From: Thermoplasmata archaeon
GTDB taxonomy: Archaea > Thermoplasmatota > Thermoplasmata > Thermoplasmatales > Thermoplasmataceae
DNA length: 64,000 nt
Assembly (NCBI GenBank): GCA_015520045.1
Contig: WAQW01000018.1
Location: 16,380-80,379, forward strand
Direction: 5' to 3'
Shown here piece after piece: positions 17,885 to 27,117 of the stretch; position 1 is the first letter of the stretch, and each line of letters begins with the position of its first letter. The position numbers and the translations under genes were made by a program. The notes below the pieces were generated by a model. The model worked only from the letters and a program-made list of their open reading frames with translations. It was not told where the DNA came from and made no database searches.

Positions 17885-18881
17885 TTACTTCCTCCGATGC
17901 TTTATTCTCAGGTTTCTGAGAACTGTCCTTTGCCTTGCTGGCATCAGACTTCACATCTTTTTCAGAATTTTCTTCCTTCTTGCTCTCCTTCAGATCCTTC
18001 TTGGTGGCTTTGGAACCGGTTTTTTTAGAGCGCGATTTTGTCGTTGACTTCTTCTCTTTTGTTGCTTTTGTTTTCTTCCCCTTTTCCTTCTTAGTTTTGT
18101 CCCTCTTTGATGCCTCTTCTACCTTCTCCTCATCGCCCTTTTTAGGCTCTGCAGGTTTCTCTGGTTCCAGCTTCTCTTCAACCTTCAGCATCTCCTTCTC
18201 TTTTGCCACCTCAGGTGAGATTTCAGTCTCTGCGACTTCTGGAGCCTTCTCCACTCTTTCCGGTTCGGTGGATTCAGAAATGATCTCCTTCACCGGAAGG
18301 ATGGATATGTCATCGGGAAGCCTGTATTTACTATCAAGGAATTTTACCGTAACACCAATGACACCCTGCTTCATTTTGGCTATTGAGAATCCCTTACTCA
18401 TTGCGGCCCGCCCTGGTTCTCCTGAATATTTGACCGATCCGTAAAAAAACTTTTGCGTGCGAGAACGCTCTCCGCTCAATTTCCCGCTGATCTTGATAAG
18501 TACTCCCTTGGCTCCTTTGTCCACGGCCCTCATAAGAGATGTGTTGCCGGCCTTTCTGTAGGACCAGCCTTTCTCCAGAGAGAGGGAGATCTTCTTGGAA
18601 ACGACCTGAGGATTGAGGTCTGGTTCCTCCGCCTCCTTGACCTCTATCTGTGGAGATTCTATGTCGTATTCCCTCTCCATTGTCTGCGTTATCTCCTGAA
18701 TCTTGCTACCTCTTCTCCCTATGACAAGCCCCGGTTTATTTACCTCGAGGACAACATTGGTCCCAAAGGGCGTTCTCTTCATGGTAAGGTTACCAAATCC
18801 GGCGTTCTCCGTCTCTCTGCGGATGAATTCCGTAACAAGAAGCTTCTTGACAGCCTCAGCAATAAATTTCTTTTCCTTCAT
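17859..18881 (-). CDS. rps3: 30S ribosomal protein S3 (uS3) with a about 140-aa K/E/S-rich C-terminal extension
   Basis: 340-aa ORF with a KH domain ([16 protein letters not shown]) and an S3-C region up to about residue 200, followed by a low-complexity lysine-rich tail. Confidence 0.9.
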   Translation of the reverse strand: MKEKKFIAEAVKKLLVTEFIRRETENAGFGNLTMKRTPFGTNVVLEVNKPGLVIGRRGSKIQEITQTMEREYDIESPQIEVKEAEEPDLNPQVVSKKISLSLEKGWSYRKAGNTSLMRAVDKGAKGVLIKISGKLSGERSRTQKFFYGSVKYSGEPGRAAMSKGFSIAKMKQGVIGVTVKFLDSKYRLPDDISILPVKEIISESTEPERVEKAPEVAETEISPEVAKEKEMLKVEEKLEPEKPAEPKKGDEEKVEEASKRDKTKKEKGKKTKATKEKKSTTKSRSKKTGSKATKKDLKESKKEENSEKDVKSDASKAKDSSQKPENKASEEVNGTDSKEN

Positions 18882-19330
18882 GCCTGTTCCTCCTCAAGAA
18901 CAACCTCAAGGGTTATCAAATCCCTGTTTAATCCACCGGAACGGCCATATGCCTTTGGCGTGTAATTCTTAATCATTCTTCCCTTATAGGCTGATATATG
19001 AACGATGACAAGGTTTCCCGTATCGAGATTCTTGAACTCAGCGTTGGCCTCCGCATTGTCCAAAACATCTCTAAACGCTTTTAGGGCCTTTACAGGGAAT
19101 CTTCCCGGACCGACTTTTCCCTTTCTGTGTGAGACCGAATCCAGGTACCTGAAATAAGGTATCGGAATCTCTTTCTTTATAGCCCTGTCAATTATCTCCC
19201 GGGCGTGTGTCAGCTTCTTCCCCCTCAAATGGTGGGCTATGTTGACCGAGTCTTTGAGTGAGATGTTCAGGTCAACGCCCTTTGCAATGGCACTCTTTTC
19301 CCCTATTTCCTTTATAGAATAGCCCTTCAT
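18878..19330 (-). CDS. rpl22: 50S ribosomal protein L22 (uL22)
   Basis: 150-aa ORF; operon position and typical sequence. Confidence 0.9.
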   Translation of the reverse strand: MKGYSIKEIGEKSAIAKGVDLNISLKDSVNIAHHLRGKKLTHAREIIDRAIKKEIPIPYFRYLDSVSHRKGKVGPGRFPVKALKAFRDVLDNAEANAEFKNLDTGNLVIVHISAYKGRMIKNYTPKAYGRSGGLNRDLITLEVVLEEEQA

Positions 19331-19336
19331 CTTACA

Positions 19337-19792
19337 TCACTTCAGTGGCATAAACTTCGAAGACCTTGTGGCACCCACACCGGGACCAGAATGCTTCACT
19401 TCCTTTCTCGTCTGTGAGAACTCTCCAAGGTAATGCCCGATCATCTCCGGTTTTATGTCGAACCTAACATATGTATTTCCGTTGTAAACCTGTACCACCT
19501 TTCCCACGTACTGTGGGATTATTATAAGATCGCGCACGTGTGTCTTTACCTCACTCTTTTCAGAAAGAAGTTTGTTGTGAAGTATTTTCTGATCGTGGTT
19601 CATCTCTCTTCTCAGGCTTCTTCGAGCACGCGCGGGGAGTATTTCCAGAAGTTCCTCCATACTCTTCTGTTTGAGTTCCTCAAGGGTGAACCCTTTGTAG
19701 GAGAATTCTTTCTTCCTTCCAGCAACCACGCTCCTGGATTTCCGTGACTTTCTTCTGATAGATTTGACAGATGCTTTTTTCTTAACAACCAT
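19337..19792 (-). CDS. rps19: 30S ribosomal protein S19 (uS19)
   Basis: 151-aa ORF, GKVVQVYNGNTYVRFDIKPEMIGHYLGEFS. Its ATG overlaps the L2 TAA (TAATG). Confidence 0.9.
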   Translation of the reverse strand: MVVKKKASVKSIRRKSRKSRSVVAGRKKEFSYKGFTLEELKQKSMEELLEILPARARRSLRREMNHDQKILHNKLLSEKSEVKTHVRDLIIIPQYVGKVVQVYNGNTYVRFDIKPEMIGHYLGEFSQTRKEVKHSGPGVGATRSSKFMPLK

Positions 19793-20484
19793 TACCTCTT
19801 CCTCCTCTTAGGCGACAGCCGCCCGACTTTTTTACCAGGAGGTGCATTCCTGCTGACAGTGTTTGGGCCCCCTACATGCTGGTGGTTTCCCCCACCATGC
19901 GGGTGATTGACCGCGTTCATGGCGACCCCTCTCACAGAATATGGCCTCTTCGCCTTGCTCTTCAACATTCTTACCTTGTATCCTGCCTTGAGAACAACAA
20001 TATCCTTAGCTCCAGATCCTGCAACCTTCCCGATGGTTGCCCTGCAGCGAGGATCAAAGAGCTTCATTTCCCCAGAGGGCATCTTGAGTGTGACATGGCT
20101 ACCGTGGGTGACAATCAGTGCTGATGATCCGGCGGTCCTACAGAATTTTCCACCTTCTCCAGGCCTGTTTTCAATATTATAAACAGAGGTCCCATCCGGT
20201 ATTTTACCCAGAGGAAGGGTATTACCAACCTCGGGAGAGGCATCCTGGGAGGATACTACACTCATTCCAACGGCAGCACCATTAAAGGCAATGCCATATG
20301 TCCTCTCACCCACAGAACTCTCGAGAACAAGCAGAGGTGCGTTCCTTCCCGGAGCGTGAATAATGTCAGCTATTTTGAACGTTCCATCCCTTAGGGATGA
20401 TATGGAGCTAACATGCCTGTGGCTCGGAGACCTGTAAGTTAACGAACCTTTTCCTCTCCTCTGTGCAACAATACGTTTTCCCAT
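19792..20484 (-). CDS. rpl2: 50S ribosomal protein L2 (uL2)
   Basis: 230-aa [23 protein letters not shown]; operon position. Confidence 0.92.
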   Translation of the reverse strand: MGKRIVAQRRGKGSLTYRSPSHRHVSSISSLRDGTFKIADIIHAPGRNAPLLVLESSVGERTYGIAFNGAAVGMSVVSSQDASPEVGNTLPLGKIPDGTSVYNIENRPGEGGKFCRTAGSSALIVTHGSHVTLKMPSGEMKLFDPRCRATIGKVAGSGAKDIVVLKAGYKVRMLKSKAKRPYSVRGVAMNAVNHPHGGGNHQHVGGPNTVSRNAPPGKKVGRLSPKRRKR

Positions 20485-20493
20485 TATAACACC

Positions 20494-20745
20494 TCAGAAT
20501 ACACCGATCCTCCCGAAGACGTCATCAGCAGAGAATTCTGGATCCAGCCTTGCCATAGCTTTCTTTCCTTCCAGAGAGATCATTGTCCTTACGTTAATAA
20601 CCTTAACATCAAACCTTCTCTCAATCTCTCTCTTGATCTGAGATTTCGTGGCCTTTCTTTCAACTATAAACGTAAGGGTGTTCTCCTTCTCCAGAGCCAG
20701 CATCGATTTCTCTGTAGCCACCGGTGAAATAATCACATCTTTCAT
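20494..20745 (-). CDS. rpl23: 50S ribosomal protein L23 (uL23)
   Basis: 83-aa ORF; operon position. Confidence 0.9.
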   Translation of the reverse strand: MKDVIISPVATEKSMLALEKENTLTFIVERKATKSQIKREIERRFDVKVINVRTMISLEGKKAMARLDPEFSADDVFGRIGVF

Positions 20746-21518
20746 TGTGCCTCCACCTTCCTCAGCTCGCCTATTGCGTCGGTGGTGTAGATCGTTAGCC
20801 TACCACCCTGGCCACCAGGAGCAAGCTTTCTAATGCTCAGACTGGTGGGCGTGCACAAATCAACGCCTGGCAGTCCACGGAATCCCCTCATTGGTTTTTC
20901 ATGAGTTGTCACGATCAGGATGCTCTTGGGCTGTTTGTACCTTCTACCCCTCATTTTACCTCGCCCTGCACGTATCTTTGTACCATTCTTAGCTCTGATG
21001 ATGTCATCATAAAGCCCAATCTTTTTGAGGAATTCAACAGCATCGGAGGTTCTGTTGATCCCGGCCACCGATTCATCCACCACGACCGGAAACTCGAGGC
21101 CCTCCGGGATCCTGTGGCCCCGGGCAATGATCTTCTCTTTTATCGCTGTGGACGCAATGGCAGAATATCTGGCCATCTTTCTCTCCTTGTGGTTTATTTT
21201 TCTGTACAGCCTTCTTTCGGTGGTGGGGGCATGTGCACTCCTACCACCCACGACACTTGCAAGGATCACGGCTCTTGTCCTCTCAGCAACACGGGGTATT
21301 CTTGATCTTCCCTGTCCTGGACCGGACGTATGGCCAACCCTTCTCAAACCAGCTGTGGGGGATGTCCCCCATGGCTGCCTTAGTGAGAGTGAAATAGCTC
21401 GATGTGCCCTCTGAATGAGATCATCCCTTGGAACACGTGAGAACACCTGGGGGAGCTCTATATCCCCCACGACTGTCCCATCCTTTGAGTAAATATTTGC
21501 CTTCATTTCAATCACCAA
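20742..21518 (-). CDS. rpl4: 50S ribosomal protein L4 (uL4)
   Basis: 258-aa ORF; operon position and typical L4/L1e sequence. Confidence 0.9.
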   Translation of the reverse strand: MVIEMKANIYSKDGTVVGDIELPQVFSRVPRDDLIQRAHRAISLSLRQPWGTSPTAGLRRVGHTSGPGQGRSRIPRVAERTRAVILASVVGGRSAHAPTTERRLYRKINHKERKMARYSAIASTAIKEKIIARGHRIPEGLEFPVVVDESVAGINRTSDAVEFLKKIGLYDDIIRAKNGTKIRAGRGKMRGRRYKQPKSILIVTTHEKPMRGFRGLPGVDLCTPTSLSIRKLAPGGQGGRLTIYTTDAIGELRKVEAQ

Positions 21519-22500
21519 GCTTTGATTCTATGGAAATATAGTTGATATCAAGAGATTCCGCATCTGGAACTCTCTGTCTGGATGCGTCCCTGAACTTTAC
21601 CAGCCTCTTCGAAGGCCCAGGAATTGAACCGTGAAGAAGAACATAGTCACCCCTGACCAAACCATAGCCAGGGAATCCACCCTTGACGTTGATGGCGGAA
21701 ACCTCATCTTTGGTTCCGAATTTCAGAAGCCGTATGTTGTGTACTGTTCTCTGGTGAGTTCCCATCTGTCCTGCCTGAGGAACTGTATTTCTCACCCAGT
21801 CCGGATGCCACGGCCCAAGTGTACCGATCATTCTCCTATGCTTGCTGTTCTTGTGGCTCAGCAGCTTAACGCCGAAACGCTTCACGTGACCCTGAAACCC
21901 TTTACCTTTTGTGACAGATATCACGTCAACAAATTTACCGGGTTTAGAAAAATCTGTGAAGGATAGTTGCTTTCCGAGTTTTTCCTTGCAGTAATCCTCT
22001 ATATCCTTGATTGAAGAACCGCCAACCTTAAGCTCAAATATATCAGGCTTCTTCTTGGGAATGCCGGTGATCTCCCGGGGGTTTGTGCTCACTATCAGGC
22101 GTATTTCCGTAACCTCGGCACTCTCAGAGTTAAGGGTAGGTACATGGTTGCGCTTTGGCAAAACCCTTTCAAGATCCTTTGGAACCTTTTCACTCCATGT
22201 CTCACCCAGTGTAACCTTACCGCTCCAGATTTCCCCATAATATCGTATTCCGATAACATTCAGAGGAGGTACCTCCACAACAGTTGCCGGAATGAACACA
22301 TATCTTCCCGCTGTAACACTGTGTTCTCTGTAATCGAGCATCTCAACGTGTGTCATTCCCACTTTGTAACCTGCAAATCCCTGTACCTTCGGACTTCCCG
22401 CTATCTCGGGCCACGACCTTATAGATGCCTTAAGACCTTTCGAACGAACTCTGGGGTAGTATCCCTTAGAACCCCTTCTAGGATGATGCGCTCTTGCCAT
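21508..22500 (-). CDS. rpl3: 50S ribosomal protein L3 (uL3)
   Basis: Track ORF 21508..22551 trimmed to the ATG at 22500 (MARAHHPRRGSKGYYPRVR is the typical archaeal L3 N-terminus). First gene of the superoperon. Confidence 0.9.
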   Translation of the reverse strand: MARAHHPRRGSKGYYPRVRSKGLKASIRSWPEIAGSPKVQGFAGYKVGMTHVEMLDYREHSVTAGRYVFIPATVVEVPPLNVIGIRYYGEIWSGKVTLGETWSEKVPKDLERVLPKRNHVPTLNSESAEVTEIRLIVSTNPREITGIPKKKPDIFELKVGGSSIKDIEDYCKEKLGKQLSFTDFSKPGKFVDVISVTKGKGFQGHVKRFGVKLLSHKNSKHRRMIGTLGPWHPDWVRNTVPQAGQMGTHQRTVHNIRLLKFGTKDEVSAINVKGGFPGYGLVRGDYVLLHGSIPGPSKRLVKFRDASRQRVPDAESLDINYISIESKLGD

Positions 22501-22716
22501 ACGTATTCCTTTCCCAAGACCGTTACATCTGATTAAGGAGCAAAAGTTCACTCCATCTCTAGGGTTGCGTTATGTAGCATTGCCCTTGATGTATGGTCTG
22601 CCTGAGAGGTAAATTAAAACTGTATTTAAACATTTAGAGTTGGAAATCTACCCGATCCGCCATGGCAGCCTCATAATTCCGCTCATTCCACAGCTCTCTT
22701 TCCCGTTTTGCCCGGC

Positions 22717-22834
22717 TTCAGGAAATCCACTCTAAAAATGTATGCACATCTCCTGCCTACGAACCCTGAAAAAACCGGTTCAGGGAACTCCCTCATTGAG
22801 AAATTAACCTACCTGAAAAATCTTCAGTGGATTT
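22717..22834. repeat. array of alternating TTCAGG / CCTGAA hexamers with an enclosing 9-bp inverted repeat
   Basis: TTCAGG 22717-22, CCTGAA 22765-70, TTCAGG 22779-84, CCTGAA 22812-17, TTCAG 22823-27. AAATCCACT 22723-31 is complementary to AGTGGATTT 22826-34. CCCTGAA/TTCAGGG forms a 7-bp hairpin (22764-70/22779-85). Confidence 0.6.
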
Positions 22835-22879
22835 AGCTTATGGTTACAGACCAAAGTTGAGGTTTCATGAGGCTAATGC

Positions 22880-22900
22880 GTTAAATGACAGTTTAAAATA
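22880..22900 (+). promoter_or_regulatory. A/T-rich promoter region (TTAAATGA / TTTAAAATA) for prpD-prpB
   Basis: TATA-like elements 15-35 nt upstream of the ATGs at 22915 and 22921. Confidence 0.4.
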
Positions 22901-22914
22901 CAAACAAAAGATTA

Positions 22915-24246
22915 ATGGACATGGATAGGCAGGTGAAGACTTTCCTGGATTACTCGAAGATTATTGATAAGGAGATCGAAAACGACATAAGGGATGAGAT
23001 CAAAAAAAGGATTGCGGATTCTATCTTCGTTGCATATGGTGCAAGAAATGTTACCCCAATAGAAATCGAGAAAAAGACGCTACTCCCTTCATCCGGACAA
23101 CTTAACTCAACAATATTTTTCAGCAATGAAAAGGCTTCCGTTGACGTCGCCTCGTTTATTAATGGCTCCATGGTACGGTACCTGGATTACAGCGATACCT
23201 ACCTTTCAAAGGAGGCCCTCCACCCATCGGACAACATACCTCCCCTGATAGCCCTGGGCGAGTCACTTGGCAGAACAGGAGAGGATCTTATCAGAGCAAT
23301 TGCTCTCTCATATTCGATCGTCTGTTCACTCGCTGATGCCTCGTCCATTCGCGATCGGGGATGGGACCACGTAACCTACGTTTCAATTTCATCGGCGGCG
23401 GGACTTGCGAAGCTTATGGATCTGGATGACGATAAATTTGAGAATGCCATCAATCTGGCCCTTAACAACAATATAAGTATGAGGGAGACACGTGCGGGAG
23501 AGCTCAGCATGTGGAAGGGATGCACAGCCTCCAATGCCAGTAGAAACAGTGTTGTGGCGGTTCTGCTGGCATCAAATGGCTTCACGGGTCCATCTCCAAT
23601 ATTCGAAGGTGAGATGGGTTTCTTCAAACAGGTCTCTGGAGAATTCAAGGCCGTCCCGAGTGCGGGATTGATTCTCAAAACGATGATAAAAAATTTTCCA
23701 GTTGAATATCACGCAATGAGTGCCACCGAGGCTGCTCTCGATCTGAGAAACGAACTTTCAGGAGAAATAGAATCTGTTGAGGTTAACACATTTTCTGTGG
23801 CAAACACCATAATCGTAAAAGATCCTGAAAAGTGGAGACCCGAGACGAAGGAGACCGCTGATCACAGTCTACCTTACATTGTAGCATATACCCTGAATTT
23901 TGGTGCCCCAGGCCTCCAATCGTATGATAGAAGGTTTCTGGAAGATGCAAGGATCAGGGATACCATGGGAAAAATGAAAATATCCGTGCTTAAAAAATAT
24001 GATGATCTTTATCCGGAGTATCTTCCTGCCAATGTATCCGTTAAGACTGATGCGGGATCATATGAAAAGGAGATCCTTGCTCCAAAGGGTCATCACAAGA
24101 ACCCTTACACCTGGGATGATCTCCTTCACAAGGGTGAGAAAATAATGGGAGAGAATTCCTCCAAGGAAATTGTCGAGTTCTCGAAATCGATTGAGAAGAG
24201 AGATGTGGGTGAATTACTGGAGGTAATGTCGAATGTCCATTCTTAG
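22915..24246 (+). CDS. prpD: 2-methylcitrate dehydratase (MmgE/PrpD family)
   Basis: 443-aa ORF with PrpD-family pattern (LDYSDTYLSKEALHPSDNIPPLIAL). Overlaps the downstream prpB by 14 nt. Confidence 0.8.
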   Translation: MDMDRQVKTFLDYSKIIDKEIENDIRDEIKKRIADSIFVAYGARNVTPIEIEKKTLLPSSGQLNSTIFFSNEKASVDVASFINGSMVRYLDYSDTYLSKEALHPSDNIPPLIALGESLGRTGEDLIRAIALSYSIVCSLADASSIRDRGWDHVTYVSISSAAGLAKLMDLDDDKFENAINLALNNNISMRETRAGELSMWKGCTASNASRNSVVAVLLASNGFTGPSPIFEGEMGFFKQVSGEFKAVPSAGLILKTMIKNFPVEYHAMSATEAALDLRNELSGEIESVEVNTFSVANTIIVKDPEKWRPETKETADHSLPYIVAYTLNFGAPGLQSYDRRFLEDARIRDTMGKMKISVLKKYDDLYPEYLPANVSVKTDAGSYEKEILAPKGHHKNPYTWDDLLHKGEKIMGENSSKEIVEFSKSIEKRDVGELLEVMSNVHS

Positions 24247-25126
24247 GGATCAGATTAATGAGGGCCCATCCAGGCTGAGATCCCTCCTCAGAGAAAAGCC
24301 GATCATGCTTCCCGGTGTTTTCAACGGTGTTTCAGCAATAATAGCCGAGAAAGTCGGGTTCGAGGCTGTTTACATCTCAGGATCTGGTGTGGCTGGGAAT
24401 ATGGGTTTCCCAGATCTTTCTGTAACAACACTAACGGAGGTAGCAGAGGAGTGCAAGAGGATCAGTGCTGTTACGTCCCTTCCGGTTGTCGTGGATGCAG
24501 ATACTGGTTTCGGCGAGACGATCAATGTGATTAGAACTGTCAGAGAGCTTGAGTGGGCTGGAGCATCGGCAATACACCTTGAAGACCAGGTGCTGCCAAA
24601 AAGGTGTGGTCACCTCTCAGGAAAAAGTGTGGTGCCCACTGAAACAATGGTCCAGAAAATAAGTGCTGCGGTTTCAGCAAGAAGGGATAAGAACTTCATG
24701 ATCATAGCGAGAACGGATGCCAGAGCTGTCGAAGGCCTGGATTCGGCCCTGGAGAGGATAAGAGAGTACATCTCAGCAGGAGCGGATGCAATCTTTCCAG
24801 AGGCTCTGGAAACCGAGGATGAATTCAGAGAGGTGGCTTCCAAAGTTAAGGTCCCCCTCATGGCAAACATGACCGAATTTGGAAAGAGTCCACTTCTGAG
24901 CTTCAACGAACTCTCCTCAATGGGATACAGGATAGTGCTCTTCCCGCTCACGGCTTTCCGGGCAATGCTAAAGACCACGGAACACATATACAAAACACTC
25001 AAGGAAAAAGGAACGCAGCGTATGATCCTCGATGATCTAATGACAAGAAAGGACTACTACAGCTATATAGGCTATAACGACTACGAACGTGAAGATGCTG
25101 AACTTTCCGCTAAGGGAGTAGAATAA
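24233..25126 (+). CDS. prpB: methylisocitrate lyase (isocitrate lyase/PEP mutase family)
   Basis: 297-aa ORF with catalytic loop EDQVLPKRCGHLSGKSVV and IIARTDA. Confidence 0.8.
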   Translation: MSILRDQINEGPSRLRSLLREKPIMLPGVFNGVSAIIAEKVGFEAVYISGSGVAGNMGFPDLSVTTLTEVAEECKRISAVTSLPVVVDADTGFGETINVIRTVRELEWAGASAIHLEDQVLPKRCGHLSGKSVVPTETMVQKISAAVSARRDKNFMIIARTDARAVEGLDSALERIREYISAGADAIFPEALETEDEFREVASKVKVPLMANMTEFGKSPLLSFNELSSMGYRIVLFPLTAFRAMLKTTEHIYKTLKEKGTQRMILDDLMTRKDYYSYIGYNDYEREDAELSAKGVE

Positions 25127-25160
25127 CGTCTGCGAATTCTCCACAGGTGCTACCAAGCAT

Positions 25161-26165
25161 TCACAGTATGATACCGGTGTGATAACCGCATTTTTTACAC
25201 CGTCCCTGATGATCCAGCGACACGATCTCAGAGCTAAAAGTATCCCGTTTTATGAGCATCGCTCCGCACTTCGGACAGTAAGTGCTCTGTGCCTGATGCC
25301 CCGGTACATTTCCAATGTAAGCATAGGAAACTCCCATATTTCTTGCCAGGGAAAGGTGTTCTTCGAGCAGGGGAGTTGGTGTGGCTTCGATATCTCTCAA
25401 AAGATAATCGGGATGAAACCTGAGGAAGCTAACCGGGATCTCGTTACCACCGATCCTGAGGATCCGGGATATCATTTTCTCAGCTTCCTCCAGAGAATCC
25501 CCTATATGCGGTACCACCAGATCTGTAATCTCCACATGAACGGAGTGATCGATCAACGCTTTTATGGTGTCGTAAATGGGTTCCACACTTCCGATTGCAA
25601 TGTAACGTCTGTAGAATTCGGGGGAACCGTTTCCCTTGAAATCCACTGTGGCAGCATCGAGAAAGTCGGATGCGTATTCTATGGATTCGGTGGTTTCATA
25701 CCCATTCGTCACGAATATGTTTATGAGACCATGCTTTCTGGCAAGAACTCCAACATCATGTGCATATTCCATAAATATGGTTGGTTCATTATATGTGAAT
25801 GCGATGCCATCGCATCCATAGGCCATGGCGAGTTTCACGATCCTCTCCGGATCGATCCTATCACCGAGGATCTCCTTTCTCTGGCTCATGTCATAATTCT
25901 GGCAGTACCTACAAGAAAAATTGCAACCAGTAGTCCCTATGGAAAGAATACTGGCACCGGGCTTCATATGAAGTATGGGTTTTTTTTCAATGGGATCGAT
26001 TTGAACCGCGTACGCGATCCCATAATTAAGCAGGTTCAGGTGGCCCCCCACATTCTTCCTGACACCACAAAAGCCTGTCTGGCCATCGGAGAGCCTGCAG
26101 TATCTGCTACAGGCAGTACACACCACGGCGCCATCTTCCCTCCTGTAAAGAACTGCTTCCTTCAA
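25161..26165 (-). CDS. amrS: AmmeMemoRadiSam system radical SAM enzyme
   Basis: 334-aa ORF. N-terminal Cys cluster (CTACSRYCRLSDGQTGFC), radical SAM CNFSCRYC, and C-terminal CPKCG...CKKCG. Directly downstream of the Memo-like gene. Confidence 0.85.
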   Translation of the reverse strand: MKEAVLYRREDGAVVCTACSRYCRLSDGQTGFCGVRKNVGGHLNLLNYGIAYAVQIDPIEKKPILHMKPGASILSIGTTGCNFSCRYCQNYDMSQRKEILGDRIDPERIVKLAMAYGCDGIAFTYNEPTIFMEYAHDVGVLARKHGLINIFVTNGYETTESIEYASDFLDAATVDFKGNGSPEFYRRYIAIGSVEPIYDTIKALIDHSVHVEITDLVVPHIGDSLEEAEKMISRILRIGGNEIPVSFLRFHPDYLLRDIEATPTPLLEEHLSLARNMGVSYAYIGNVPGHQAQSTYCPKCGAMLIKRDTFSSEIVSLDHQGRCKKCGYHTGIIL

Positions 26166-26202
26166 TATGATCCCTCGCTATGATGCATTCACCAGGTTGG
26201 AT

Positions 26203-27012
26203 TCATCTGTATGCAACAAAGGATGCATACCCAACAACCCTGTTGTAATCACCCGATGCCGCTGCTGAGGTTGTATGATCGAGCAGTAAGATCTCCCCTC
26301 CGGACCTTTTCGTAATTTCCATCAGAAAAGCAATGGCACCGTAGCCGCATGGGGTGGCTCGGTTTGAGCGTATCGCTTCGTAAAGTCGATCAACGTTCAG
26401 GGACAAAACTGCTTCGATGATGTTCTGATCCTTTCTCAGTGTGACCTTCTCACTCTCATAGTGATTCATATCACTGCTTGCGATTATGATATAATCTCTA
26501 CTCAGCTGAGAGAGAGAATCCACCAGATCCATGATCACTTCCTTATTCTGATTTCCCAGCACAATGGGGACAAACGAAAAATCATTTCCGCTGATGTGCT
26601 GGATGAAAGGTAGCTGAACCTCGAGAGAATGCTCCCTGGCATGGGCTTCAGGATCCACAACTATATCAGCACTCTTGCTACTGAAAAGTTCAACCCCAAT
26701 AGCATCCACACTCGCCTCTCCCAGCGGAGTGATCCATTTCCCGGGAGGATGTATGGCGGCATAGGGTGGAAAAGAAGCGTGGTTGGGACCGATCAGAAGC
26801 ACCTTTCTGCCTCTGAATGGCATAATCCGGTAGGCATGGCACGCGGTATAAGCGGAATATACATATCCAGCGTGGGGAACAATGGCCCCCATTATTTTAC
26901 CCCTGATAGGAGGTTTTTCTGCTCTTTGGAGGCACTCTGAAATGAAGGAATTAAGCTCTGTTCTGCCATCCGGATAGAAGTAGCCGCTCACATATGGGAG
27001 CCTCTTATACAT
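26203..27012 (-). CDS. amrB: Memo-family protein (AmmeMemoRadiSam system protein B)
   Basis: Track ORF 26203..27087 trimmed to the ATG at 27012 (MYKRLPYVSGYFYP). Motifs GAIVPHAGYVYSA, HSLEVQLPF, SSDMNHYE. Confidence 0.85.
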   Translation of the reverse strand: MYKRLPYVSGYFYPDGRTELNSFISECLQRAEKPPIRGKIMGAIVPHAGYVYSAYTACHAYRIMPFRGRKVLLIGPNHASFPPYAAIHPPGKWITPLGEASVDAIGVELFSSKSADIVVDPEAHAREHSLEVQLPFIQHISGNDFSFVPIVLGNQNKEVIMDLVDSLSQLSRDYIIIASSDMNHYESEKVTLRKDQNIIEAVLSLNVDRLYEAIRSNRATPCGYGAIAFLMEITKRSGGEILLLDHTTSAAASGDYNRVVGYASFVAYR

Positions 27013-27117
27013 GATTTTTATATCAAATTCTCCTATTTTAACATGAGAGCTTTTTATGTCATTATTTGTGATCCAGAAAAACGACAAGTTAATCAGCCCG
27101 ATTTTCTTTAATCATTC

